Of a DNA stretch of 64,000 nt, positions 54,928 through 64,000 are shown one piece after another. This stretch comes from a virus (Duplodnaviria > Heunggongvirae > Uroviricota > Caudoviricetes). Within the stretch, counting starts at the first letter, position 1. The number at the start of each line of letters is the position of its first letter. The notes under the pieces are model-generated. The model was not told the DNA's origin. It did no database searches and saw only the letters and a program-made list of their open reading frames with translations. Made by a program: the position numbers and the translations under genes. The DNA lies in IMG/VR virus record IMGVR_UViG_3300011399_000002, positions 55,871 to 119,870 of that record. One strand, written 5' to 3'.

Positions 54928-55852
54928 CAACCAGATAGACAATCGGGGCACAGGCAATGCTCTGTATGACTATGCTCATTACAACGAAACTATCCTAGGT
55001 AACGAGAGTGTCATATTCACCCTGACCCACCAGAATGCAGATCAGGGAATGCAGGATAGGCTAGTAGATAGGTTTGGAGACATTTGGTCTGTTTGGGCAT
55101 TAGTAGAAAGAGAGTTAAACATAGACTTTATCTATCATATCAAGTACGGAAATATGGACGGGTTCCATATGGGCGAAACTCCCTATGGTGTCCATGCTGT
55201 CTTTGATGGTAGTCAGCCTCATGGAGACAGGTATGCAACAATCTCTGAGTATATGGGTAGGAAGTATAAGATTCCTTACGTTCCCCATATTGTAAGTCTA
55301 GCAGAACCAACACAGGACTTTAGAGCAAAGTACGATATACCGCAAGATGCTTACATATATGGAAGGCACGGTGGAGCGGATACTTTCGATATCCCGTGGG
55401 CATGGGATGCTATCAACGAGGCTATGTACTATGACGATAGCCTTTATTTCATGTTCATGAATACGGAGATACCAAATGTCAAATTCTTCGATCCAAGTAG
55501 ACTTACCTTCATCGCTAATTCAGCGAATCCAGCATTTAAAAGTTCGTTTATACATTCGACAGATGCAATGCTCCATGCTCGATCTAGAGGTGAAACTTTT
55601 GGAATTGCAGTTGGCGAATTTGCAATTGCAGGAAAGCCTGTCATCACTTACGGAGGCAGCGGAGAAAGGGCGCACCTAGATTACCTAGGTAGAAACGCTA
55701 TCAAGTATTGGACTAAGACAGACCTATACATAGAGTTGCTAAGAAAGCCCAAGCCATACATGAACGACTTAACAGACTATGCAAACTTCACACCGGAGAA
55801 CGTGATGAAAAAGTTTAAGGAGGTATTTCTAGATGAGGCAAATTCACCTTAG
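54908..55852 (+). CDS. hypothetical protein (cluster member)
   Basis: 314 aa. Confidence 0.45.
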   Translation: MRVGFLNNQIDNRGTGNALYDYAHYNETILGNESVIFTLTHQNADQGMQDRLVDRFGDIWSVWALVERELNIDFIYHIKYGNMDGFHMGETPYGVHAVFDGSQPHGDRYATISEYMGRKYKIPYVPHIVSLAEPTQDFRAKYDIPQDAYIYGRHGGADTFDIPWAWDAINEAMYYDDSLYFMFMNTEIPNVKFFDPSRLTFIANSANPAFKSSFIHSTDAMLHARSRGETFGIAVGEFAIAGKPVITYGGSGERAHLDYLGRNAIKYWTKTDLYIELLRKPKPYMNDLTDYANFTPENVMKKFKEVFLDEANSP

Positions 55853-56459
55853 AGGTATCCCCTTTTATCTGCATGACAGCGGTGATTTATTATCTGGCGC
55901 AATAGAGAGAAATGGAGACTTTTGGGAAGCAGATATCCTAGACTACATACGGGATAATCATCCAGAGCATATGTCAATATTGGACATAGGTGCTAACATA
56001 GGTAATCATTCTGTCTACTTTGCAAACTTTCTAAAGTATGCATCTATCATGTGCTTTGAGCCCGAAACTCTAAACTACGATGTTCTAACAAACAACATGA
56101 GTGGCTATTCTAATATAGGATTGGCTAAGTTTGCTGTATCTGATAAAACCGGAACGGCAGCGTTCATACGAAATGGGGATAATTTTGGGGCACATAGAAT
56201 TAACGATCAAGGTGATGAAATAGTAAAAACTATCTCTATCGATAAAATAGCGTTGGGCCATGTTACGCTGATGAAGATTGACGTTGAGGGCCACGAACCA
56301 GCGGTTCTAGATGGAGCAACAGATACCATCATACGATGCAAGCCGCTTATCCTGATAGAAGACTGGGATTTAGAGTATCATAGAATCCTTAGTCCTCTTG
56401 GATACGAGATAGAGAAAGATTGGGAGCATCATAAGACTTACCTTTGGAGGCCAGTATGA
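55833..56459 (+). CDS. FkbM-family methyltransferase
   Basis: ILDIGANIGNHSVYFA motif. Confidence 0.6.
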   Translation: MRQIHLRGIPFYLHDSGDLLSGAIERNGDFWEADILDYIRDNHPEHMSILDIGANIGNHSVYFANFLKYASIMCFEPETLNYDVLTNNMSGYSNIGLAKFAVSDKTGTAAFIRNGDNFGAHRINDQGDEIVKTISIDKIALGHVTLMKIDVEGHEPAVLDGATDTIIRCKPLILIEDWDLEYHRILSPLGYEIEKDWEHHKTYLWRPV

Positions 56460-57100
56460 TATATTTCATAGCAGCCGTATATAACGAAGAGCAAGAGATA
56501 CACGAATTAGTTGATCATGTTAGTCATCTTGTAGGTGGCTATCGTTTTGTCGATGATGGGTCTACAGACAACACTCTAGCCCTTTTAGCGGAAAATGAGT
56601 ACGCATATGACGGTGCATATGACTTTGATTATAAATCAATTCCTCATACGGGACTACCCGAAACCGTTAAGCACGAAGCAAAGGAAATGGTTCCAGACGG
56701 CGCGTGGATACTGATGCTGGACGCTGATGAAAGGCTCTCAGACGACGCACAAGCGGGCATAGAGGGCTTCTTTGGCTCAGGTGAGGCGGATGCCTACGAC
56801 TACGTTTACTTTAACCAGTACGAGATAATAGATGGGGTTCATGTTCGTGGATTCCAAAAGTGTAAACTCTTCCGAAAGGAGAGTATACAGTTTCCATTGA
56901 ATAATATTCATGCCGATGATCAATTCACTGGAAGGGGAACCTTCAAAGAGGATTGGGTGGTATTCCACCGCAAGACAACGTACAAGCAGATTAATCGGGA
57001 ACAAGAGTACCTAGAAACCTACAAGAAACTACTTGAAGATGGTCACATCGACCAAGGCAGGTACGACTGGCTTCGCGGACTACATCATTTTATTAGGTAG
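56444..57100 (+). CDS. family 2 glycosyltransferase
   Basis: YNEEQEI ... DDGSTDNT ... LDADERL (DXD). Confidence 0.6.
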   Translation: MEASMIYFIAAVYNEEQEIHELVDHVSHLVGGYRFVDDGSTDNTLALLAENEYAYDGAYDFDYKSIPHTGLPETVKHEAKEMVPDGAWILMLDADERLSDDAQAGIEGFFGSGEADAYDYVYFNQYEIIDGVHVRGFQKCKLFRKESIQFPLNNIHADDQFTGRGTFKEDWVVFHRKTTYKQINREQEYLETYKKLLEDGHIDQGRYDWLRGLHHFIR

Positions 57101-57112
57101 GTTGAACTTCAT

Positions 57113-57730
57113 ATGAACAACAAGGTAGAATTAATAGACTGCTATGGCTCGGATGAACGACACGCCCTAGCAGCGTGGACAAGTACATCACGGGACCTTA
57201 CACCGGAGAAGAGGGAAAGAATACCGGGCCTTTTAAAGATGCTAGCAGAGAACGACCATACGACTCCTTTTGAAAAGAGTTTCATTGGTTTTCTTGTTAC
57301 GTGTGATACAGCAAGTCACATTCATATCTTGAAGCACAGGATAGGTGTGTCTGTCAATGGAGAGTCTGCACGGTACAAGGAGTTAAAGGACGATAAGTTT
57401 TACGTCCCCGAAGACTGGCCCGCTGAGTTAAAAAATGATTTAAATACTGATATTATGTATGCGTTTGATAAGTATCATAACGCTTTGCATCTCCTTGATA
57501 AGGAAGGAATTCCTAGAAAGCGCGCAAAGGAGACAGCAAGATTCTATCTCCCTTATGCTAATCAGGTAACACTAGATGTTACATTTAACTTTAACTCATT
57601 CAAGCACTTCCTAAAGAAGCGCTATGAGCCAGATGCACAGAAAGAAATATACGATATCGCTGATGAAATGCTAAGACTCGTTAGAGCAACAGGTCAATTT
57701 GAACATTCACTTAATGCATGGGGATTGTGA
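57113..57730 (+). CDS. thyX: flavin-dependent thymidylate synthase ThyX-like protein
   Basis: ThyX signature KHRIGVSVNGESARY (RHRx7-8S...RY), 205 aa. Confidence 0.65.
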   Translation: MNNKVELIDCYGSDERHALAAWTSTSRDLTPEKRERIPGLLKMLAENDHTTPFEKSFIGFLVTCDTASHIHILKHRIGVSVNGESARYKELKDDKFYVPEDWPAELKNDLNTDIMYAFDKYHNALHLLDKEGIPRKRAKETARFYLPYANQVTLDVTFNFNSFKHFLKKRYEPDAQKEIYDIADEMLRLVRATGQFEHSLNAWGL

Positions 57731-58035
57731 TGGACGTAAGGTTTGGACTTCAAGTAGCCACTATGAAAATGTTTAATAGCATAAGTGAGGAGCAGGGTAA
57801 GAGAGAGATAGAAAGTTATCTTGCTTGGCTAGACTGCACGCCTAAGGAAGAAGCAATTTTATTGGGGCTTCCTACTGAGGTATTTACTCAACTTGGTAAA
57901 GCCAAGTTTTCAAATGCAGCGTTTGGCGTCTTTGAAACCAACTTCCAAACATACATGGAAAAGATGCTGACTGCTCTAAGAAACGGGGTCATAGAAGGCT
58001 TAGACTTTGATTCAGGAAATACAATAAATGGATAA
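57718..58035 (+). CDS. hypothetical protein
   Basis: 105 aa, ATGA-type overlap with thyX. Confidence 0.4.
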   Translation: MGIVMDVRFGLQVATMKMFNSISEEQGKREIESYLAWLDCTPKEEAILLGLPTEVFTQLGKAKFSNAAFGVFETNFQTYMEKMLTALRNGVIEGLDFDSGNTING

Positions 58036-58088
58036 AGAAGATTGCGGTTGTTGTGGGCCAGATTGTGAAATGTGCTTCATGACCGAGA

Positions 58089-58307
58089 ATGATAATTTTG
58101 AGGAAGATGATCCAGATGCTCAGGAAGATAACAACGAGGGTTAGAAATATCGCCCGAAAGGCTTTTATGTTGCCCGGTAGTATAGTGGTATCTAGATTAG
58201 AAGGTCGTATTGTGTCCATAAACGATGGACCAGAGTTAGGAGAATATAAAGAAGCTAAAGCAGATCAGGAGTATCCAGAGATATTCTATGATCCGCACCT
58301 AATGTAA
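58089..58307 (+). CDS. hypothetical protein
   Basis: 72 aa, ends 1 nt before tRNA. Confidence 0.3.
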   Translation: MIILRKMIQMLRKITTRVRNIARKAFMLPGSIVVSRLEGRIVSINDGPELGEYKEAKADQEYPEIFYDPHLM

Positions 58308-58382
58308 GCCCGATTCGTATAATGGCGATTATGCTTCCGTTACATGAAAGCGACGGCAGTTCGATTCTGTCATCGGGTACCA
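58308..58382 (+). tRNA. tRNA (tentatively Val, anticodon UAC)
   Basis: Acceptor GCCCGAT/ATCGGGT, T-arm GGCAG-TTCGATT-CTGTC, CCA; anticodon arm imperfect so isotype uncertain. Confidence 0.5.
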
Positions 58383-58395
58383 AGAATTAAATAAT

Positions 58396-58472
58396 GGCCC
58401 ACGATTCATCTGGTCGAGGAAGACGTTCTTATAAAGCGTTTGAGCAGAGTCCGATTCTCTGGTGGGCTACCA
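58396..58472 (+). tRNA. tRNA-Ile (anticodon UAU), second copy of this anticodon
   Basis: Acceptor GGCCCAC/GTGGGCT, anticodon stem ACGTT/AGCGT loop CTTATAA, T-arm CAGAG-TCCGATT-CTCTG, CCA. Confidence 0.55.
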
Positions 58473-58474
58473 TC

Positions 58475-58550
58475 GCCGCTGTAGTATAATGGCTCATTAC
58501 AAGTGTTTTGTACTCACTAAATGGGGGTTCGATTCCTCTCAGCGGCTCCA
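58475..58550 (+). tRNA. tRNA-Thr (anticodon UGU)
   Basis: Perfect acceptor GCCGCTG/CAGCGGC, anticodon loop TTTGTAC, T-arm GGGGG-TTCGATT-CCTCT, CCA. Confidence 0.6.
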
Positions 58551-58568
58551 ATAACTTGTCAGGAAATA

Positions 58569-58590
58569 GGACCCGAAAGGGTCTTTTTTT
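58569..58590 (+). terminator. rho-independent terminator after tRNA trio
   Basis: GGACCC-gaaa-GGGTC followed by TTTTTTT. Confidence 0.7.
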
Positions 58591-58659
58591 ATGTCCTAAG
58601 GAAGTAATACAATACTGCAAGGAGAATATTATCGAATAAAATACAAGGGAGGTCATTAA

Positions 58660-59250
58660 ATGCCAGCAACATTCTCATGGGTACAGTACACAGGTTCCTC
58701 AGGTAACTCAACAACACCAGCCGGTTCAGGTGTAACTGCAACATCATCATCTAACTCAATGTCTTGGGACTTTGAAGTAGCAGACAGCACAGGTACAGTA
58801 ACATATACAGCTAACCCAGTTAGTGCCGGTAGTGCTTCTTATCCACTATGGATAAAGGGTCTATGGACTAACTCAGTTGCCTATACTGTTTCTAACCTAA
58901 AGTTTTGGCAGTTCAACCCAGCAGCATCTTCTGCTAACACAGCATCATTTACAATCTTTGGTGCTACACAAACTGCCTATTCAATTGCTACAGGAACAGC
59001 AACAGGAGCAGTCTATGCTTCTAACGTAGCAGTACCAACAAGTACGTCAAGTACAGGATCACCGGGCGCTCCAGTTACAGGTCTAGGTTCTTACGCTACA
59101 TCAGGCGCAGGATCGGGAGTAAATGGAACAGGAGCATCAGGTATCGCAACTCCGGGCGGATGGCTTGGACTACAGTTAAGTGCCGCAGCAGCAGCACCGG
59201 CTGGAACAACAGGCTACTTTGGATTTACACTACAGTACGACGAACAATAA
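58660..59250 (+). CDS. Ser/Thr/Gly/Ala-rich protein (putative virion/surface protein)
   Basis: Strong RBS GGGAGG; 196 aa low-complexity S/T/G/A composition, aromatic C-terminus GYFGFTLQYDEQ. Confidence 0.5.
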   Translation: MPATFSWVQYTGSSGNSTTPAGSGVTATSSSNSMSWDFEVADSTGTVTYTANPVSAGSASYPLWIKGLWTNSVAYTVSNLKFWQFNPAASSANTASFTIFGATQTAYSIATGTATGAVYASNVAVPTSTSSTGSPGAPVTGLGSYATSGAGSGVNGTGASGIATPGGWLGLQLSAAAAAPAGTTGYFGFTLQYDEQ

Positions 59251-59306
59251 AGAGGTTGAACCTCTAGAGGGTGATCTGATATGATTAGATATCAGGTAGG
59301 GAGGAT

Positions 59307-59627
59307 ATGCGTATGGAAGTAATTTTAGCATTCATTGCCGCTGTATTTGCTCCCTTGTCATCCACATTAATCTTAGCCGTTATAATCGGCGGTTTATTTC
59401 ATGGTGCCTTATATAACTGGAAGTTAAATATTCCAAAGTCTTTCGTATCCCACCAATTAACAGCAGGTATAGCTTTCCTCTCAACCCTATTCATCTTTAG
59501 AAGTTTGACTGCGGTGTTTGAAGGTACTGCACTGGTTAGTCCTGCTGGATGGATAGGAATAGCTATACTGTGGTCTATATTCTGTTTATTTATATGGGTA
59601 GGGCACTCAGCAAGAAGAAGAAAATAG
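59307..59627 (+). CDS. integral membrane protein
   Basis: Three to four TM helices, basic C-end RRRK. Confidence 0.45.
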   Translation: MRMEVILAFIAAVFAPLSSTLILAVIIGGLFHGALYNWKLNIPKSFVSHQLTAGIAFLSTLFIFRSLTAVFEGTALVSPAGWIGIAILWSIFCLFIWVGHSARRRK

Positions 59628-59738
59628 GTCTACCAGATTAAATGTCTCACACCTATAAAGTCTGTATGAAGGAGTAGATAGTACAGGCATCATTGAAACG
59701 TTTGCTAGAATGCAATCTAGCGTAGTAAGGAGTAATAA

Positions 59739-61223
59739 ATGGGTAAGGTTCAGGGCGTAAATGTCGTTGTTGGTATTCCATCATTCGGCATGGTAAGTAC
59801 ATATTTTATGCAATCCCACTCAGCAATGGCATTCCCTCTTGTATCAAGTAAGATTGACAAGATCGTGTTAAACAAACCCATTGCAGAAGCGCGCAACGAA
59901 ATCGTTGAATTCGCACTCTCACAAGGAGCGCAGTATATATTTTGGTTGGATGATGATGTAGTATCACCGCCAGATAGTTTCATGAAGTTATATAGACATA
60001 ATAAGGACATTATCAATGGCGTTTATTGGTCAAAGTCTAACCCTCCCATGCCCCTTCTGTTCAGAGGGCACCTTGAAGGTCCCTATTGGAATTGGCACAT
60101 CGGGGACCTCATCGAAATCGATGCGGCTGGTTCTGGACTTACGCTCGTCAAAACTGATGTGTACAGAAAGATGCAGCAAGAATTGGGAGGCCCTTGGTAC
60201 TCAACTGAGTACGTATCCTTTGCTGGAATAGAAACTTCTGATAGTCCTCCTAATAATACGGAGGACTTGTATTTCTATGCTAAGGCCAAGAAAGCTGGCT
60301 ACAAGGTTTGGGCAGATACTAGTGTTCAGGCTTGGCATTATGATAAGCACTCACAAGCAATGTTTGGTATAACACCAAACTCTCCGCAAGCATTTCCTAG
60401 ATGGGCAGAGGTTAAGCCTGAGGGCAGTCTGCTCATTGCAGACCTTGGTAGCGGTCCTACAACACCCTACATGCGCGATGAAGGCGTCACAGTATCCTTT
60501 GATATACGTGAGGAAGTTAAGCCTGACGTAGTATGCGATCTTCGCTATATTCCTGTACCCGATCAAACATTTGATATCGTCTTTTCTTCCCACACACTTG
60601 AACACTTCGGCTGGACCGGAGTGGATAAGGTGCTAAAGGAATGGGCTAGAATATTGAAGGTTGGAGGGGAATTAAGAATTGTTGTTCCTAATATTCGCTG
60701 GTCAGCAAAGAGGCTCTATGAGGATAGAGCAACAGCACTAGACCTACAAGTATTATACGGGGAGCAAGACTACCCTAAAAACTTTCATGGTGTAGGATTT
60801 ACACCAAACATGCTAAAGGCTCTAGTAGAGTCCTTAGGAATCTTTGAGAATATCGAGACTCATGAGGGTGATCTAGAAGGTAATCCGGGTCCTGATAGTT
60901 GGAATCTTCTCTTGAAGGCAACTAAGAAAGAACACCCAATGATCGAGAACATCACACCAGATTACGTCGATCCTGCCCCAACAGCAGAGAATTGGTGGCC
61001 GATCATGCAGGATCAAGCATATGAAGTACGACCCATAACCGATGAAGAGATTGAAGCCGATTTTAAGGCTCAACTTCCAGCACCAAAGACACTAGAAACT
61101 AGAGCATTAAAGAAGGACATAATCGAACAAATTAAAACTAAGGGAGCATTTGACTTCTCAGTCTTTAATGCAACTACAGTAGCGGAACAGGAGAAGGCAG
61201 ATGGGCTGGATAGCGATAACTAA
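59739..61223 (+). CDS. bifunctional glycosyltransferase / SAM-methyltransferase fusion
   Basis: N-terminal GT-like region (VVGIPSFGM ... WLDDDV), C-terminal MTase motif I LIADLGSGPTTP and SHTLEHF. Confidence 0.55.
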   Translation: MGKVQGVNVVVGIPSFGMVSTYFMQSHSAMAFPLVSSKIDKIVLNKPIAEARNEIVEFALSQGAQYIFWLDDDVVSPPDSFMKLYRHNKDIINGVYWSKSNPPMPLLFRGHLEGPYWNWHIGDLIEIDAAGSGLTLVKTDVYRKMQQELGGPWYSTEYVSFAGIETSDSPPNNTEDLYFYAKAKKAGYKVWADTSVQAWHYDKHSQAMFGITPNSPQAFPRWAEVKPEGSLLIADLGSGPTTPYMRDEGVTVSFDIREEVKPDVVCDLRYIPVPDQTFDIVFSSHTLEHFGWTGVDKVLKEWARILKVGGELRIVVPNIRWSAKRLYEDRATALDLQVLYGEQDYPKNFHGVGFTPNMLKALVESLGIFENIETHEGDLEGNPGPDSWNLLLKATKKEHPMIENITPDYVDPAPTAENWWPIMQDQAYEVRPITDEEIEADFKAQLPAPKTLETRALKKDIIEQIKTKGAFDFSVFNATTVAEQEKADGLDSDN

Positions 61224-61722
61224 AGATTACGAGATACTACGAGAAGATGAAGGTATTCATGGTCGTCCTGTAGCAGCGGGTGAGGAGGGAAATCTCCTTG
61301 TCATCGCTCAGGAAGACTTCGGACATAATGTTGCTGTTGATTTAGTTAATGGTATCATTGCAATAGACTATAAAAGTCTAGGTGTTCAAAACAACACGAT
61401 TGAACTCGATGGTGGAGTCCTAAGATTTCTAATCTGCGATGAAACAAATATCGTAGGCCAGTTTAGACACCTAGAACAAAAACTTGAATACCTACGTGAC
61501 GATAATGGAAGAAGGATTATCGGGGAAGATGGGCGGTTCCAACAGGTTAGAACAGACATTCTTCACCCCTTGATCTGGCGTCCAATCTGGTTTACGAGAT
61601 TAACAAATGGTGTTCCCACGAAGGTTATCGGGGCGCAGGTAACATTGCCCCGTGATCAAGGTGGAAAGAACGTTAAGAAGATGGTAAGCCTATTTGTCGA
61701 TGGGCAAATAGGCATAGATTAA
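61201..61722 (+). CDS. hypothetical protein
   Basis: 173 aa, overlaps upstream stop. Confidence 0.45.
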   Translation: MGWIAITKDYEILREDEGIHGRPVAAGEEGNLLVIAQEDFGHNVAVDLVNGIIAIDYKSLGVQNNTIELDGGVLRFLICDETNIVGQFRHLEQKLEYLRDDNGRRIIGEDGRFQQVRTDILHPLIWRPIWFTRLTNGVPTKVIGAQVTLPRDQGGKNVKKMVSLFVDGQIGID

Positions 61723-61736
61723 AGGGGATGGAATGA

Positions 61737-63101
61737 TTGAGGTTTTTAGTAATATTACTAGCATTTCTAATACTAGTACCAGTAGGTGCAACAGCGTTTG
61801 CTGCTCCTCCTAATCCATGTATAAAGAATCCTAGTCATCCAAAGTGTCCTAAACCAACACCTACGGCAACAATTAGACCAACACCTACTGCAACTCCCGT
61901 AGTAACACCAACACCTGTTCCTACGATAGCACCAACGCCAACTCCGACACCAATTGCTACATCAACCCCAACAATTACTCCTACACCTACTGTGGCACCG
62001 ACTCCAACTCCTACAGTAACCCCTACGCCAATACCAACTATTGCACCAACACCAAGTCCTACAGCAACTCCAATACCGGCTGGTCCTTTTGCACCACCAG
62101 TAACAACTGGAACATTTACGCTTCCAGCAACGGCTGATACTGCATCAGAGATTAACTCATTTATTGCAGGTATTCCAAATGGTTCGATTGTTGAGTTTAG
62201 ACCTGAGGTTGCTTATTCCCTTGATACGGGACTGCTACTAGCAGGACGAAATAATCTTGTTCTTGATGGTAATAGCGCAACACTCACCATGAATGGTACA
62301 ACAGGTAATGATGAGGCTGACTCAACATTCCTGCTGCGTGGATCATCACATATTAGGATCGTTGATTTCACGGTTCATGGAGATTACGCAACCTTTCCCG
62401 GTCAGGCTGGAGAAGTAGCACACCTAATTGGATTATCTGGATGGTACGGAGGGGGACCTTCCAGTTATATAGAAATGTCTAATGTAACCGGGGATGGATT
62501 CTTTGGTGACTTTGCTTACCTAGAAGGCGAGAATGTAGGCACACAGCGCCCATCAACAAACGTTTGGATTCATCACAATAATCTAACCACCGTAGGTAGA
62601 AATGGTGTATCGCTGATTAACGTAACTGATGTTCTCATCGAGAACAATACGATGACTAGAGCAGCGTACCACATGATTGATTTTGAGCCTAACTTTGATG
62701 CAGAGGAAGTACGTAGAGTAGTTATTAGAGATAACACCTTTGGCTCTTACGCTCATAGATCAGGTTTAATCGGATTCTTTGTTTCATTCTATTCACCTAA
62801 CAACCCACAGGGCTCAGACTTCACCATCGAAAACAACACGGTGGCTGGAATTGCCGCAAATGGGTATGACGGAACAGCAAGATCGCTTAATTCATCCTTT
62901 GTAGGAAAGAGCGCAAACAAATTAGTCAATGTAGTATTCAAGAATAACAGTACATCACGTACCGTATCAGGCTATGGTATTCTCTACTTCAATTGGATAA
63001 CTGGAGTTACTGTAACTGGAAATACTCAACCAGTACAGTCAGGAAGTACCCTAGTAGTAGTGAGTAATTCAACGAATGTAGTATCATCACCAAACCCCTA
63101 G
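61737..63101 (+). CDS. secreted PT-linker / right-handed beta-helix protein (tailspike or depolymerase-like)
   Basis: Signal peptide, ~80-aa (P-T-P-T-x)n linker, then NxT/NN-rich beta-helix-like repeats ([27 protein letters not shown]). Confidence 0.55.
   Translation: MRFLVILLAFLILVPVGATAFAAPPNPCIKNPSHPKCPKPTPTATIRPTPTATPVVTPTPVPTIAPTPTPTPIATSTPTITPTPTVAPTPTPTVTPTPIPTIAPTPSPTATPIPAGPFAPPVTTGTFTLPATADTASEINSFIAGIPNGSIVEFRPEVAYSLDTGLLLAGRNNLVLDGNSATLTMNGTTGNDEADSTFLLRGSSHIRIVDFTVHGDYATFPGQAGEVAHLIGLSGWYGGGPSSYIEMSNVTGDGFFGDFAYLEGENVGTQRPSTNVWIHHNNLTTVGRNGVSLINVTDVLIENNTMTRAAYHMIDFEPNFDAEEVRRVVIRDNTFGSYAHRSGLIGFFVSFYSPNNPQGSDFTIENNTVAGIAANGYDGTARSLNSSFVGKSANKLVNVVFKNNSTSRTVSGYGILYFNWITGVTVTGNTQPVQSGSTLVVVSNSTNVVSSPNP
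61845..62085 (+). repeat. PT-repeat coding microsatellite-like region
   Basis: Reiterated CCAACACCTACT / ACTCCTACA codons encoding TPTPT(V/I)APTPTP. Confidence 0.5.
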
Positions 63102-63112
63102 GGGAGATAGAT

Positions 63113-63736
63113 TTGAAAAGTATTTTCATTAGGTCGTTATTTATACTGTTAGCAATGCTTGCATTGGCTTTACCAATAAGCGCTGCCAAGCCGATAGGTT
63201 CTGGTGGCGACCCACTTACTATTGAGACAGATCGTAGATCAATTTCATGTAATGTTGAACAACAAACTATTCGTTGGTACGGATCATTTGATCCAATTGC
63301 TCCTTGTCCGGGTCCAAATGTTGTTAACAACTCTACTGGGTGTGGATGGGATATTGATGATAGTTGGTCTATGCGAGGTTCAGGACGAGCCAGCGATATT
63401 CATACTGCAAGTCTGTGCGTCGTGTCTGACGGGACACACAGAGCCCCTGTTGATGTTTCGGTTAGGGCTAAGAACGATCAACTTCTCGTAAGGCTTGATG
63501 CCTCTGATGGAAGATCGTGGTCTGCATCACCTATTCGTGATGGTAACGAATATCAGTATGTTGCTTGTGGAGATAATTTCATTAGTGCCCCGCACCCTGA
63601 AATTCTTGGGACTAATGGCGGGCACGGAACAATTGTAACCTATACCTTGACTATCGATGCTTCGGCGCGAGCCAGTAATGTGACTGCACTACTAAAGTAT
63701 GGAAACGGTATTTGGGTTGTCGAGGAATGTGAATAA
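63113..63736 (+). CDS. secreted hypothetical protein
   Basis: Signal peptide MKSIFIRSLFILLAMLALALPISAAKP, 4 Cys. Confidence 0.45.
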   Translation: MKSIFIRSLFILLAMLALALPISAAKPIGSGGDPLTIETDRRSISCNVEQQTIRWYGSFDPIAPCPGPNVVNNSTGCGWDIDDSWSMRGSGRASDIHTASLCVVSDGTHRAPVDVSVRAKNDQLLVRLDASDGRSWSASPIRDGNEYQYVACGDNFISAPHPEILGTNGGHGTIVTYTLTIDASARASNVTALLKYGNGIWVVEECE

Positions 63737-63813
63737 TAGAAAATAATACTTCTCAATACAATGAGAGATAGCCTAATTCAATAGGAGCGTGGTTTTAAAT
63801 GAACCTAATAGAA

Positions 63814-63861
63814 GCCAGAGCAAAGCCAGAAATGGTACTGCTCTGGCTTCTTTTTGCTTTT
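63814..63861 (+). terminator. rho-independent terminator
   Basis: GCCAGAGCA...TGCTCTGGC 9-bp stem followed by TTCTTTTTGCTTTT. Confidence 0.6.
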
Positions 63862-63881
63862 CACCTTGGGGGTGAGAAGTA

Positions 63882-64000
63882 ATGGCTACACAAGGACCGA
63901 ACTATCCCGCATCCGGCGCTACCCTAGCGAACGCCGGTACAAGTGAAAACGCCGAAGCATGGGTAAGCCCCGGTAACATCACGTCCGATAACGGCACGTC
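63882..64000 (+). CDS. hypothetical protein (3-prime truncated by window end)
   Basis: GGGGGTGAG RBS then ATG; MATQGPNYPASGATLANAGTSEN... Confidence 0.3.
   Translation, partial: MATQGPNYPASGATLANAGTSENAEAWVSPGNITSDNGT

Noticed and set aside
1-64000. CRISPR arrays, integrase/transposase, IS elements
   Set aside because: No regularly spaced identical direct repeats with unique spacers were seen (the cassette repeats are about 800 bp apart and differ in architecture). No recombinase or transposase motifs found in any ORF.

Overview
This window reads as one contiguous piece of a large, tRNA-rich dsDNA bacteriophage genome. The evidence is sigma70-type TTGACA/TATAAT promoters, Shine-Dalgarno sites, ATGA-type overlapping small ORFs, a DnaG-type primase, a family-A DNA polymerase and a monomeric ribonucleotide reductase. 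From start to end the window contains the following blocks. (1) 1-6.1 kb, plus strand: nucleotide and RNA-end metabolism genes (Cas4-like nuclease, dCMP deaminase, P-loop kinase, metallophosphoesterase), ending at a bidirectional terminator. (2) 6.2-13.5 kb, minus strand: a regulatory and early-like block (XRE HTH regulator, RuvB-like AAA+ ATPase, SLOG/DUF2493 protein, wHTH proteins). It is followed by a 700-bp divergent control region with CGCGTAA iteron-like repeats and a duplicated TTGACAAGT promoter. (3) 14.2-30.3 kb: about 60 small plus-strand ORFs, including a CCA-adding-type nucleotidyltransferase, a second deaminase, a Fic protein, an HNH nuclease, an Rnl2-like RNA ligase, and one tRNA-Ile(UAU) inside a highly structured spacer. 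(4) 30.4-34.6 kb: a tandem array of five cassettes (about 750-870 bp each). Each carries a conserved GAGCCAATGGAG-N8-ATATAA-GGTACT motif, an ACCGCAA direct-repeat/TTGACA element, a small ORF (two are paralogs) and a strong hairpin. Cassettes 2-5 are visibly GC-richer than the surrounding genome. (5) 34.6-35.4 kb: ORF-free, hairpin-dense DNA. (6) 36-42.5 kb, minus strand: SAM methyltransferase, CX5R phosphatase, PRPP-synthetase-like and NAMPT-like pair (NAD+ salvage/reconstitution), GMP reductase and a lipoprotein transglycosylase. (7) 42.7-48.3 kb: HNH endonuclease, RNR, primase and PolA. (8) 48.3-53.3 kb: a tRNA island (Ser x2, Ala, Cys, Glu, Asn, Gln-like) containing an SPFH protein and a clear Ro60/Rsr ortholog (TROVE + vWA/MIDAS). 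Directly after Rsr come four ORF-free repeats (TAGTGTAG...ACGGTTACTTC) with tRNA-like T-arm and D-arm modules, which I interpret as Y-RNA-like RNAs. (9) 53.4-57.7 kb: methyltransferase and glycosyltransferase cluster plus ThyX. (10) Three more tRNAs and a canonical terminator. (11) 58.7-64 kb: a late-like block with a Ser/Thr/Gly-rich protein, a GT-MTase fusion and a PT-linker beta-helix (tailspike/depolymerase-like) protein. No CRISPR array, integrase or transposase was seen. All tRNA and ncRNA calls are manual folds and need tRNAscan-SE/Infernal confirmation.
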